From: Verrucomicrobiota bacterium
GTDB lineage: Bacteria > Verrucomicrobiota > Verrucomicrobiia > Verrucomicrobiales > DEV007
NCBI GenBank assembly: GCA_003402735.1
Contig: QQNE01000008.1
Location: 6,859 to 70,858, forward strand
Direction of reading: 5' to 3'
Length of the DNA: 64,000 bases
The notes below the pieces were generated by a model. The model saw nothing but the letters and a program-made list of their open reading frames with translations, was not told where the DNA came from and made no database searches. Shown here one piece after another: positions 29,499 through 38,885 of this stretch. Each line of letters opens with the position of its first letter. Within the stretch, counting starts at the first letter, position 1. The translations under genes were made by a program, and so were the position numbers.

Positions 29499-29674
29499 GG
29501 GCTGAATAATGACTCAGAAATTTCTTTCAAGCCCGACCGCCGAGCACTCCAGGACCAACGCGAGAAAAGGACGGACCGTTCGATTTCAATCGTCCTCCGC
29601 CGATTGGTCAAGACATTCGAACTCGAGTCGGCGGATTTCAACAGACTCTTGAGCGGTGAACCAGATTGACGGTT

Positions 29675-29686
29675 GCAATCGATTGC
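29675..29686. promoter_or_regulatory. Perfect 12-bp palindrome GCAATCGATTGC, 20 nt upstream of the isomerase ATG (candidate operator)
   Basis: Read directly. It shares the AATCGATT core with the palindrome at 33832..33841. Confidence 0.35.
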
Positions 29687-29706
29687 GGCTGAATGGGATC
29701 GCGCTC

Positions 29707-30666
29707 ATGAATCGCCGCCGTCTTCTTCAACTCGCCGCTCTCCCTCCCCTGGGATTTTCCTTGGCCGACGCGGCTGATTCACCGCACCCACGCTCCGGCA
29801 AGGAAGGGTTGTCGCCCACTCTGAACGCGTATTCCTTCCTCGAACCACTCAACGCGAACCTGGCCGATCCGACAACGGGCATCGATCTCTTCGGCGTGTG
29901 CGATTTCTGCGCGCAGCATGAAATCGAGGCCGTGGACCTGACCGGCTACTTTTTTCCAGGTTACCCAAAAGCGCCCGCGGACGACTACATCGCCCGCATC
30001 AAACGCTACACACGGGATCGAGGCATCGCCATCAGCGGCACGGGCGTGAAGAATGACTTCGCCACGGCGGATAAGAAGGTGCGTGCCGAGGGCGTGGCTC
30101 TGACCAAGCGATGGATCGAGGTGGCCGCGCAGCTCGGTGCCCCGGTGGTGCGCGTCTTTGCCGGTCCACAGCAAAAAAATCCCCGGGACTGGCAGAGCGC
30201 CGCCGGTGGCGCGCCGCGTGAGGAGGTGGAAACGTGGATGGCCGAAGCGCTGCTCGAGTGCGCGGCGCATGGCGAAACCTACGGAGTTGCCCTGGCCCTG
30301 CAGAACCATGGCGACTTCCTCTCCAACGGCCCAGATCACCTGAGTCTGCTGAAGCGGGTGAATCACGCCTGGTGCGGCGCCTTGGTGGACACGGGCAAAT
30401 ACTTCACGGACGACCCGTATGCGGACATCGCACTCATGGTGCCGCACGCGGTGAACTGGCAGATCAAAGAGACCCTCGGCAGCAAACTCAAGACTCCTCC
30501 CACCGACTTTCGCAAGCTGGTCAAGATCATCCACGACGGCGGGTATCGTGGCTTCCTGCCCATCGAAACCCTCGCCATGGGACGCAAGGACTACGATCCC
30601 GCTGCCGAGATCCTCAAGGCCCTCAAGGCGATGCGTGAGGCGATCGCGGAGATGGACCTTCCGTGA
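29707..30666 (+). CDS. Sugar phosphate isomerase/epimerase (xylose-isomerase-like TIM barrel) with a TAT-type signal
   Basis: Track ORF 29656..30666 trimmed to ATG 29707 (MNRRRLLQLAALPPLG). Segments typical of the AP_endonuc_2 fold are present (..APVVRVFAG.., ..LALQNHGDF.., ..GFLPIE..). Confidence 0.8.
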   Translation: MNRRRLLQLAALPPLGFSLADAADSPHPRSGKEGLSPTLNAYSFLEPLNANLADPTTGIDLFGVCDFCAQHEIEAVDLTGYFFPGYPKAPADDYIARIKRYTRDRGIAISGTGVKNDFATADKKVRAEGVALTKRWIEVAAQLGAPVVRVFAGPQQKNPRDWQSAAGGAPREEVETWMAEALLECAAHGETYGVALALQNHGDFLSNGPDHLSLLKRVNHAWCGALVDTGKYFTDDPYADIALMVPHAVNWQIKETLGSKLKTPPTDFRKLVKIIHDGGYRGFLPIETLAMGRKDYDPAAEILKALKAMREAIAEMDLP

Positions 30667-30690
30667 CGTCGTCCGCGGTGAAGACGCTCT

Positions 30691-31878
30691 TCAGGGTTGT
30701 TCCAGCCAGTCGAGGTTGAAGCGGGCGAGGCGCAGGCCGGAGCCGGAGAAGCTGAGCTTGCTGCCCGCGCCATAAAAGCAGAGGATCGTGCCGTTTTGTG
30801 TGACGGCGAGGTCGGAATAGGCGCTGGGACCGTCCTCGAGGAGTTTGTTCACCGGCCAGGTCTGGCCTTCGTCTCGGCTGATCTTGATGCTGACATTCTT
30901 GCGGGCCGTGCTCCCGCTCTTTTGCGTGTCCGCATGCGAGGGATTCGAGAAGAGGATGAGACTCTTGCCGCCGTGGTTGTAACGGACGATGCCGGCCATG
31001 CAAATCGGTTCCAGCAGGGCCTCGTCGAACTTCGGCCTGCTCCAGTTGGTGGCTCCATCCGGGCTGGTGACGACCAGTCGGCGATGCGCCTTGGATTCGC
31101 TGCGGACATTGAGCAAGACCCGACCGTCGTTGAGTTCGATGGCGACGGTTTCGTTCGGGTTGATCCACTCGTCGGTGCAGGGCACGGCGATTTCGCCGGC
31201 CTTCCAGGTTTTGCCCTGGTCATCGCTGTAGATGGTGGCGGTGACGCTGGGACGGTGCGCGTTGCCGCCCTCTCCGGTGGAGAGCCATACCGGCACCACG
31301 AGCCGCCCGGTCCTCAGCTGGATGCTGTGATTCGGACCGGTGGCGAGCACCTTCCACGCATAGTCTTTCTTGAAAGCTTCGAAAGTGGCGGTGATCTCGA
31401 CCGGCTTCGACCAGGAGAGACCGTCGTCCTCGCTGCGCTGGGAAAAACAGCGCTCGTATTCGAGGCAGAAGATCATGTGCACGGTGCCGTCCTTGTCCGC
31501 GATGAGCACGGGGTTGTTGTAGGTTACGTCGTTCGGATCCACGTTCTTCATGCGCAGGGCGAAAGGGTTTTTCCGCTTGGGCCCCGGCACTTCGGCGATG
31601 CTTTGCGGTGCGCTCCAGGTCTTTCCGTCGTCGGTGCTGCGGCGGAGGAGGATGCGGATGTCGTCCCAGTCACTGACCCCCGCGGGACGCTTCCGCGCCT
31701 CGCACCAAGCCAACACGGTGCCCTTGGCGGTCACGACGATGCCGGGGATGTGGTAGATGTTGTAGGCGGGATTGTCGCCGACGGTGAAGAGATCCTGTTT
31801 TTCCAGAAACGGCTCCGCGGCGGAGGCACCGGAGCAGGCGAGGAAAAGCAAGGAACAGAGGGTGAGGGTGGGTTTCAT
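30691..31878 (-). CDS. Exo-alpha-sialidase (BNR/Asp-box beta-propeller), secreted
   Basis: Track ORF trimmed to MKPTLTLCSLLFLACSGASA. There are five Asp-boxes (STDDGKTWS, SEDDGLSWS, SDDQGKTWK, SPDGATNWS, SRDEGQTWP) and a YHIPGIV (RIP-like) motif. Confidence 0.85.
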   Translation of the reverse strand: MKPTLTLCSLLFLACSGASAAEPFLEKQDLFTVGDNPAYNIYHIPGIVVTAKGTVLAWCEARKRPAGVSDWDDIRILLRRSTDDGKTWSAPQSIAEVPGPKRKNPFALRMKNVDPNDVTYNNPVLIADKDGTVHMIFCLEYERCFSQRSEDDGLSWSKPVEITATFEAFKKDYAWKVLATGPNHSIQLRTGRLVVPVWLSTGEGGNAHRPSVTATIYSDDQGKTWKAGEIAVPCTDEWINPNETVAIELNDGRVLLNVRSESKAHRRLVVTSPDGATNWSRPKFDEALLEPICMAGIVRYNHGGKSLILFSNPSHADTQKSGSTARKNVSIKISRDEGQTWPVNKLLEDGPSAYSDLAVTQNGTILCFYGAGSKLSFSGSGLRLARFNLDWLEQP

Positions 31879-31906
31879 AAGGTCTGCGTTTGAAATCGGG
31901 ATCGGT

Positions 31907-32650
31907 TCACCATTCGCCATCGCGTTGGAACTGGGCTTTGGCCTTTCTTCCAAACTCGGCCCCTGCAGCAGCGAGGTTGGCAAGGATTTGGTCGGCGCTC
32001 AACCCGGCGCTGTTCCGAGCGGCCGGGATAACGGTCTGGCACTCGTTGGCATCCATGAAGCGTGCCGCCTCCACGATCTGCGGCTGGGCCTCGGGCTCGA
32101 TGACGAGAAATCCGTGCTTGTCGGCGTGAATGAGGTCTCCGGGAGCGATCTTCCGGCCAAAAACCTCCACCTCCCCGTTCCAGCGCACAGGATGGACGTG
32201 CGCATGACCGACGCAGAGACGACGGGCCAGCGCCTTGAAGCCTGCGTTGGTCATTTCATCGACGTCGCGGATGGCTCCATCGACAATGGTTCCGACACAG
32301 CCGAGCGCGCGGTGCATGTTGCTGTTGACCTCGCCCCAAAACGAGCCGATGACGCGCGGCTTGTCGAGGTCCTGCACGCAGACGATTTTGGGACCGGGAA
32401 TGCTGGCCACGTAGCAGCGGTATTCGTTCCAAGCCTCGGGACGGGCCTCGCGATGCGCCCGGTTCGACGGTTCAACGACCACGGTGACGGCATACCCCAC
32501 CATCGGTCCCATCTGAGGCATGAAGTCCCTGGTCTCCTCCAGATTGAAGGCATGGGCGGCGGGATCGAGCCGGGTGATCTGCTCCCAGCCGTTGTAGATG
32601 GTTGGCGTGTTCCATCGCTTGAGTTGCAGGAGTTCGGAATGGGACAACAT
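31907..32650 (-). CDS. RraA-family protein (aldolase/decarboxylase-like)
   Basis: Track ORF trimmed to ATG 32650 (MLSHSELLQLKRWNTPTIYNG..). It has GAIRDVDE and ..GDLIHADKHGFLVI.. segments typical of RraA/HMG-aldolase-like proteins. It lies 28 nt upstream of the sialidase. Confidence 0.7.
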   Translation of the reverse strand: MLSHSELLQLKRWNTPTIYNGWEQITRLDPAAHAFNLEETRDFMPQMGPMVGYAVTVVVEPSNRAHREARPEAWNEYRCYVASIPGPKIVCVQDLDKPRVIGSFWGEVNSNMHRALGCVGTIVDGAIRDVDEMTNAGFKALARRLCVGHAHVHPVRWNGEVEVFGRKIAPGDLIHADKHGFLVIEPEAQPQIVEAARFMDANECQTVIPAARNSAGLSADQILANLAAAGAEFGRKAKAQFQRDGEW

Positions 32651-32728
32651 GTGAAGCTCGGCCGGAGTGAAGTTTCCCGGCCACAGAACGCAGCATAACC
32701 CACCGCCCCCCAAAGGACCGCGCGCAAT

Positions 32729-33829
32729 CTAGCTGTTCTTTTTTGGAACAGGTATCGGCCCCAGGGTCTCTCCTTTGACGAAGGTGGGCATCAGGAGGTG
32801 CCTGACCTGTTTCAACGGCAGTCCGTTGCCTAGCGAGGTCACGAGATGCGCCAACTTCTTGGCGAACGCATCCGGCTTCCGCTCATACCGGGCGGGTTCG
32901 GGAACGAGGTGGGAGAGAAAGGGTTCGTCATCACGCGAGATGAGCGACATCCGTGCCGGAACCGGAACACCGTGCTGCGCCAGCCCGGTCAAAGCGGTGG
33001 CGGCATGACGGGCTTCGAAAACGAAAATGGCAGTGGGCGGCTCCTCGGCACTCAGCAAGGTTTTGAGCGCCTGCAGGACACTCGCCTTGTTCTCCTCCAG
33101 CAAAAACACCTGGAGAATCGCTCCCTCAAAACTCTCGCGCAGCACCCGAAGGCTCTCGTCATTGCCGGGGAAGGAGATCGCCGGGACCAAAACGGCGACG
33201 GAACGGTGCCCCAAACCCAGCAAGCGAGCCGCCGCGTGCCGGGAAGTCGCCCGAAAATCGGTATCCACCTGCGGCAGGCTGATTCCCCCATGACACGAAC
33301 CCGCGATCACGGTCGGCAATTGCCTCTTCTCAAACCAACGCTGCATCGGTGCCGTCGAACGGTAAAGGATCCAGACCGCCGACGGATGCCGCTCCACGAG
33401 AACCTCCAGCGCCGCCCCCGGCACACGCCGAAACGCAGCCGACTCCACCACAAAATGCAGCTGCCATCCCGCACTCTGCAAGCGCGAGCGCAAGGCTTCC
33501 ATCCACAACAGCACCGCCTGGGCCAGCGTCTGCCATGGCGTCCGCAACACCAGGACCGCGACTTTCCCCACCAACTGCCTTTCGCTCCCCACCCGTTCAA
33601 CCACCTCTCTCCGCCGCCCCGGAACGGTGCGCACCAACCCCTCCTTCTCCAAGATGGACAGCGCCGCACGGATCGTGTTCCTGCCCACCTGCAACGCCCT
33701 CGCCAACTCGAACTCCCCCGGCAACACCCGCCCCCATTCCCCGCCCAGCAAACGCTCCCGCAAGCAGTCCGCCACTTCCACGGGCAGGGAAGCCCTCGAA
33801 CGGAACTGCGGGGACCATGGCTCTTTCAT
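32729..33829 (-). CDS. AraR-type transcriptional regulator (GntR wHTH plus LacI-type periplasmic-binding-fold sugar sensor)
   Basis: Track ORF trimmed to ATG 33829 (MKEPWSPQ..). The wHTH reads LPGEFELARALQVGRNTIRAALSILEKEGLVRTVPGRRREV. The C-terminal PBP-like domain contains ..LPTVIAGS..VDTDFRATSRHAAARLLGLGHRSVAVL... Confidence 0.8.
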   Translation of the reverse strand: MKEPWSPQFRSRASLPVEVADCLRERLLGGEWGRVLPGEFELARALQVGRNTIRAALSILEKEGLVRTVPGRRREVVERVGSERQLVGKVAVLVLRTPWQTLAQAVLLWMEALRSRLQSAGWQLHFVVESAAFRRVPGAALEVLVERHPSAVWILYRSTAPMQRWFEKRQLPTVIAGSCHGGISLPQVDTDFRATSRHAAARLLGLGHRSVAVLVPAISFPGNDESLRVLRESFEGAILQVFLLEENKASVLQALKTLLSAEEPPTAIFVFEARHAATALTGLAQHGVPVPARMSLISRDDEPFLSHLVPEPARYERKPDAFAKKLAHLVTSLGNGLPLKQVRHLLMPTFVKGETLGPIPVPKKNS

Positions 33830-33831
33830 GC

Positions 33832-33841
33832 GAATCGATTC
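33832..33841. promoter_or_regulatory. Perfect 10-bp palindrome GAATCGATTC abutting the regulator start codon (candidate autoregulatory operator)
   Basis: Read directly. It begins 3 nt beyond the regulator ATG (revcomp 33827..33829) and has the AATCGATT core, as at 29675..29686. Confidence 0.35.
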
Positions 33842-33977
33842 AACCGGGCCGGGACTTGCCCGGAAGCCAGGCACCATCCACCGCTGATTCCAGATCGGCA
33901 ACCCCGAGCACCGCAAGCAGGGCGGTTTGAAAGCCTCCATTTCCACCGTCCGATTGCGGTCGTTCACGGGAAAGTTC

Positions 33978-33992
33978 TTCGTTCGGAACGAA
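33978..33992. promoter_or_regulatory. 15-bp palindrome TTCGTTC-g-GAACGAA, ending 4 nt upstream of the FG-GAP/BNR gene ATG
   Basis: Read directly with 7-bp perfect arms. It overlaps the expected ribosome-binding region of the 33997 gene. Confidence 0.3.
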
Positions 33993-33996
33993 CCCC

Positions 33997-36975
33997 ATGA
34001 ACAACATCCCAATCCCCGCCCTGGCCGCGATCCTGACACTGCCTCTCTCGGCGGCGGAACAGGATTGGAAGCTGCAGAGAATGCCCTACAATCATCCCGG
34101 TCTTGCGGTCGATCTCGCCGTCGGACTCTGGGCTTGGCCCCTGCCACTGGACTACGATGACGACGGCGACCTCGACCTGCTCGTCGCCTGTCCTGACAAA
34201 CCCTCTAACGGCATCTATTTTTTCGAGAATCCTGGCAGCAACTCCAAAGAGAAGATGCCGCTCTTCAAGCCTGGCATCCGGCTCGGACCGGCGGACCACA
34301 ATCTCCAGGTAAGCCACGTCGATGGCCAGCCACGCATCCTGGTGGAGAACCGGGAATATGTGGATTTCAAAACCAAGGGCTTTGTCAGCCCCCGCACCAT
34401 CTACCCAAACGCACGCTTTCATCCCGGCAACACCCGCGGACGGATGTGGCGATACGTCGACTACGACGGCGACGGCGATCACGATCTCATCGCGGGCATC
34501 GACGACTGGAGCGACTACGTCTGGGACCAGGCTTACGACAACGAGGGACGATGGCGCAACGGACCGCTCCACGGGTTTGTCTACTTCATCGAGAACGTCG
34601 ATGGGGCCTTTCCAGCCAAACCCGTTCAAATCAACGCGGGAGGATCTCCGGTCGATGTCTTCGGCTGGCCTTCGCCGAATTTCGGAGATTTCGACGGCGA
34701 TGGCGACCTCGATCTCCTGTGCGGCGAATTCCTCGATGGGTTCACCTACTTTGAAAACACCGGGACCCGCCGCGAACCGGTCTACGGGGTGGGACGCCGC
34801 CTCTCCGGATCCGACGGCCGCCCGCTGGTGATGCACCTGCAAATGATCACCCCGACGGCGATCGACTGGGACCGAGACAGCGACCTCGATCTGATCGTGG
34901 GCGATGAAGATGGTCGAGTCGCCCTCGTCGAGCACACCGGACAGACCCGCGCGGGCCTTCCCGTCTTCCAGCCACCCGCCTATTTCCGGCAGGAGGCCGA
35001 TACCCTCAAGTTCGGGGCGCTTTCCACGCCTTTCGTCGTCGATTGGGACGCGGACGGTGATCAGGACCTTCTCTGCGGCAACACCGCCGGCAACATCGCG
35101 TTTTTCGAGAATCTCGGCATGACGGAGAGCGGCACCCCGAAATGGAACGCGCCCGCTCTCCTCCGAACGGCCGACGGTGCCCCCTACCGGGTCATGGCCG
35201 GGCCCAACGGATCCGTGCAGGGACCTTGCGAGGCAAAGTGGGGTTACACCAGTCTCTCCGTGGCGGATTGGGATGGCGACGGAAAACCCGACGTCATTTG
35301 CAATTCCATTCTCGGACGCATCAGCCTGCTCCTCGGCACCGGCGATCCCCTGCGCGTCGTGCCCGCTCCCTTCGACACCGGGATCAAGGAGTTGCCGCCA
35401 AAATGGCAATGGTGGCAGTCCCCCGCGAGCGACACCCTCACGCAGTGGCGAACCACTCCCCTGGTGATCGACTACGACGGGGATAAAAAGCTGGATCTGG
35501 TCGCCCTCGACCAGGAAGGGGTTCTCGTGCTGCGCCGCGGTGGCAAATCTGCGGAGCGGATCTTCGTCGATGAAGATCTCCGACCGCTCACCCTCAACGG
35601 TCGGTCTTGCGGAGCCAGCGGTCGCGCCCAGCTCGCCATGACGGATTGGGACCGCGATGGAAACCTCGACCTCCTCGTCAACTCGCAGAACGCGGTTTGG
35701 TATCGCAACGTCGGAAAACGGGACGGCAGGGTGATTCTCAAAAAGATCGGCAACGTCACGGACCGCGATGTCTCCGGTCACAACACCTGTCCGACGGTGG
35801 CCGATTTCAACGGCGATGGCGACCCCGAACTCGTCCTCGGAGCGGAGGATGGCCGGATTTATCACCTGCCTCGAAAGGACGGGATCGTCTACTCCGCCCA
35901 AAACCTCCAGCCGCGCCCTCCGGCCGACCCGGAAAAGCCCCGCTTCCCCGGCCTGGTGAAGGAGGAGTTCCTCTTTCAAAAAGCCCCCTTCCCCCAATGC
36001 CACGCATCCACTCTGGCCGAGACCGCGCGCGGACTGGTCGCCGCCTGGTTCGGCGGTTCCGCCGAGGGCAAACCGAATGTCTCCATCTGGTCGAACTACT
36101 TCGACGGCGTCGAGTGGACAAAGCCGCTCGAATGCGCCAACGGGATCCAATATGAAGGCAAACGCTGGCCCTGTTGGAATCCCGTGCTCTGGCAGGCCCC
36201 GGGAGACGGCCCGCTCCACCTCTTTTTCAAGGTCGGCCCAAGTCCCCAAAGCTGGTGGGGTGAACTCATGGTGAGCTACGACGGTGGAAGATCCTTCCGC
36301 AACCGACGCCGTCTCCCCGAAGGCATCGACGGACCGGTCCGCGGCAAACCGCTTCCCAAAGCGGACGGCACCCTCCTCTGTCCATCCTCGACCGAGCATG
36401 GCGGCGACTGGCGCTTCCACTTCGAGATCCTCGAGAACCTTGATCGTCCAGAACTCGGCGCGTCCTGGGAACGCCACGAACCGGAGACTCAACCCTATCA
36501 GGTCATCCAACCGACGGTGCTGACCCTGGCCGACGGCACCCTGCGCGCCCTGTATCGTTCCAAGAACAAGAAAATCATCACGAACCACTCCCGAGACGGT
36601 GGTCGGACCTGGAGCGCGCTCGAGGAGACGAACCTGCCCAACAACAATTCCGGCGTCGAGGGCCTCACCCTCAAGGATGGCCGCCACCTTCTCCTCTACA
36701 ACCACCTCGGTGGCGAACACGCCGATGGCTGGGGCAAGCGCAATGTCCTCAACCTCGCCGTCAGCAAGGACGGCCTCGTCTGGGAGGCGGTCGCCTTCAT
36801 CGAAAAGGAGGAAAAGGGCGAATTCTCTTACCCGGCCATGATCCAGACCCGGGACGGGCGCATCCACCTGACCTACACCTGGAACCGGACCAAGGTGAAG
36901 CACGTCGTGATCGCTCCGGAAAGCCTCGAACCGCAACCGATCGGAATCTTCGAGCCCAAGGCTCCAGGCTCATAA
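33997..36975 (+). CDS. Secreted FG-GAP/VCBS-repeat propeller fused to a BNR/sialidase-like C-terminal domain
   Basis: 992 aa with a signal peptide. There are nine Ca-loop motifs of DxDxDGxxD type (DYDDDGDLDLLV, DYDGDGDHDLIAG, DFDGDGDLDLLCG, DWDRDSDLDLIVG, DWDADGDQDLLCG, DWDGDGKPDVICN, DYDGDKKLDLVAL, DWDRDGNLDLLVN, DFNGDGDPELVLG). The last ~370 aa carry Asp-box-like SYDGGRSF, SRDGGRTWS and SKDGLVWE. Confidence 0.8.
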   Translation: MNNIPIPALAAILTLPLSAAEQDWKLQRMPYNHPGLAVDLAVGLWAWPLPLDYDDDGDLDLLVACPDKPSNGIYFFENPGSNSKEKMPLFKPGIRLGPADHNLQVSHVDGQPRILVENREYVDFKTKGFVSPRTIYPNARFHPGNTRGRMWRYVDYDGDGDHDLIAGIDDWSDYVWDQAYDNEGRWRNGPLHGFVYFIENVDGAFPAKPVQINAGGSPVDVFGWPSPNFGDFDGDGDLDLLCGEFLDGFTYFENTGTRREPVYGVGRRLSGSDGRPLVMHLQMITPTAIDWDRDSDLDLIVGDEDGRVALVEHTGQTRAGLPVFQPPAYFRQEADTLKFGALSTPFVVDWDADGDQDLLCGNTAGNIAFFENLGMTESGTPKWNAPALLRTADGAPYRVMAGPNGSVQGPCEAKWGYTSLSVADWDGDGKPDVICNSILGRISLLLGTGDPLRVVPAPFDTGIKELPPKWQWWQSPASDTLTQWRTTPLVIDYDGDKKLDLVALDQEGVLVLRRGGKSAERIFVDEDLRPLTLNGRSCGASGRAQLAMTDWDRDGNLDLLVNSQNAVWYRNVGKRDGRVILKKIGNVTDRDVSGHNTCPTVADFNGDGDPELVLGAEDGRIYHLPRKDGIVYSAQNLQPRPPADPEKPRFPGLVKEEFLFQKAPFPQCHASTLAETARGLVAAWFGGSAEGKPNVSIWSNYFDGVEWTKPLECANGIQYEGKRWPCWNPVLWQAPGDGPLHLFFKVGPSPQSWWGELMVSYDGGRSFRNRRRLPEGIDGPVRGKPLPKADGTLLCPSSTEHGGDWRFHFEILENLDRPELGASWERHEPETQPYQVIQPTVLTLADGTLRALYRSKNKKIITNHSRDGGRTWSALEETNLPNNNSGVEGLTLKDGRHLLLYNHLGGEHADGWGKRNVLNLAVSKDGLVWEAVAFIEKEEKGEFSYPAMIQTRDGRIHLTYTWNRTKVKHVVIAPESLEPQPIGIFEPKAPGS

Positions 36976-37078
36976 CGCTTCCTCTCCGGCGTCGCACCGA
37001 CCCGGTCCGGACTCCTTACCACCCGCCCAATGACGAGGTGTTTCTATTTTTTGAGCGAGCGGCTCGCCTGACCGCCGC

Positions 37079-38791
37079 TCAACGGAAAATCACATCGATC
37101 CCCATGGCGCTCTCCCGGACGAATTCGGGAATCCAGCCAGGTCGCCGCCGCTTCACCAACCGATAGAACAGGGAGAGCAGGTGAAGGACGAAAACGCGGT
37201 CCAAAATGCGATAGCCGGGCCGGGTCCGGAACAAGTTCTTGAGGAGCCAGCGGGAGAACCGGCCCGGATCCTCAAATCGGCGGAAGCTCACGCTGATCCG
37301 GTAGCGAGGCCGGTGCGTGTATTTCTTGCGGTAAGCCGCCTTGGCTCGCTGGATGCGGCGCCGGATCTCGTCGTTGTCCGGCCCCATGAAGAATTCCCGC
37401 GCCAAGGCGAGAATCTCAAAGGTGTCCCGCATGAAGTGGATGTCTTCCATCGGTAATCCGCACCGCTGGACCAACTCTTCCATCCGCTCCAGCTTGCGCA
37501 GGGCTTGCCGGGCCGTGCGGACCGCCGCCTGCCGATCCCGTGCAAAGTGACCCAACAGTTTGCGAATCGACTGATGCACAAAGATGGTGTGCCAGTAAAC
37601 CTCCACCAACGGCGGGATCCGGATCCTTCGAAAATAGATTTTCTCCCGGGCGTAATCCTCGAAGTAGAGCAGCTCTTTGACCACCTCTTCGGACAACCGC
37701 AGCAGCTCAAGCACCGCCTCCACATCCCTCAAGCCCATGAACCGGGCACACTCCTGCACAGCCACCTCGACCGACTCCCGATGGGCAAAAATCCGGAGAC
37801 TGACAAACGCGTTGATCTCCGTCCAGACCGCGTGTTCGTCGATGTAGGCCAGGCGTCGGAACGGCACCCACCCACCTGTCTGGCACCACACAGAAAAACC
37901 TACCAAGTTCCCCGCCTCACGCAGTTCCGCCGCGTAGCGCTCATAATCATGGCCAACAAATGAGGGAAACTCACCGCTCCCCTCGTATTCCCGCCGGGCC
38001 TGCAACTCGATCAGGGTCTTGCGACCCGTCCCGAAAAAATTCCGGTTCAGGGGCAAATGCCGGAAAAAATCCGACTCCCCGTATTTCATCGAAAGGACCA
38101 AGGCATCGCTCCGAATCCCCTTGAGCGCGCGCGCCAGGGTGCGGCGATGCCAGAGAAGGTCCCCCACGCTGTAGGCCCCCACCGTCCAGGTGCGAAAGAT
38201 CAGGGTCTTTCCGGCGGATTCAAAGACCGGCAGGATCTCTCGAAGCAGGCACCGGACATCGGCGGCGGTGCGAATCACCAGCTCACTCCGGAAATCCCCC
38301 TTCACGTCGAGCCCATCACTTTCCCCGATGCGCAGGATCAATCCCTCCACCTCCGGGAAGGTGCGGAAACCGCGCTCCACCAATTCCCGCAGAAACGCGC
38401 TGGCATCTTCCGCCCCGGTGCCCAGGCGCATCCGCATTTCCGGCGTGTAGGAGAGCACGTCCTGGGTCAAAAAAATCTTGAGCCCCGCCTCGCGCAGAAT
38501 GGCGAAAAGAACTCGGTATTCCTCCTGAAAAACGGCAATGCGGTCGCGGATTTCCGGGGCGTGATCGTGGTCCACCAGATGAATCAAGTCGTCAAGCGAG
38601 ACCGCGTTGTAACCGACGGCGGCGACGCGCTGCGCAAAGAGCTTCATGTCCTCCCGGATCCGGTCCCACTGGACCCGGCGTCTCGGCCCTGCGCTGGCCA
38701 AATGCTCGAACGGAATCTTCGACCAGTTGATCCGGACCAACGGATAGTCCCGAAAAAACGGACCGATGGCATCAATGAGGCGGATCTCCAT
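37079..38791 (-). CDS. Conserved-looking hypothetical protein, possibly a (beta/alpha)8 glycosidase-like fold
   Basis: Track ORF trimmed to ATG 38791 (MEIRLIDAIGPFFRDYPLVRINWSKIPFEHL..). It is 570 aa with coding-like composition throughout. I cannot place the family and the fold guess is weak. Confidence 0.55.
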   Translation of the reverse strand: MEIRLIDAIGPFFRDYPLVRINWSKIPFEHLASAGPRRRVQWDRIREDMKLFAQRVAAVGYNAVSLDDLIHLVDHDHAPEIRDRIAVFQEEYRVLFAILREAGLKIFLTQDVLSYTPEMRMRLGTGAEDASAFLRELVERGFRTFPEVEGLILRIGESDGLDVKGDFRSELVIRTAADVRCLLREILPVFESAGKTLIFRTWTVGAYSVGDLLWHRRTLARALKGIRSDALVLSMKYGESDFFRHLPLNRNFFGTGRKTLIELQARREYEGSGEFPSFVGHDYERYAAELREAGNLVGFSVWCQTGGWVPFRRLAYIDEHAVWTEINAFVSLRIFAHRESVEVAVQECARFMGLRDVEAVLELLRLSEEVVKELLYFEDYAREKIYFRRIRIPPLVEVYWHTIFVHQSIRKLLGHFARDRQAAVRTARQALRKLERMEELVQRCGLPMEDIHFMRDTFEILALAREFFMGPDNDEIRRRIQRAKAAYRKKYTHRPRYRISVSFRRFEDPGRFSRWLLKNLFRTRPGYRILDRVFVLHLLSLFYRLVKRRRPGWIPEFVRESAMGIDVIFR

Positions 38792-38885
38792 GTTCTGAGG
38801 CGTCGCCACGCTACCGCACGGAGCCATGCAGGCAAACGGAACCTCCCGCTTGCAAGTGACGGACGCCATCTTATCTGTCCCGCCG

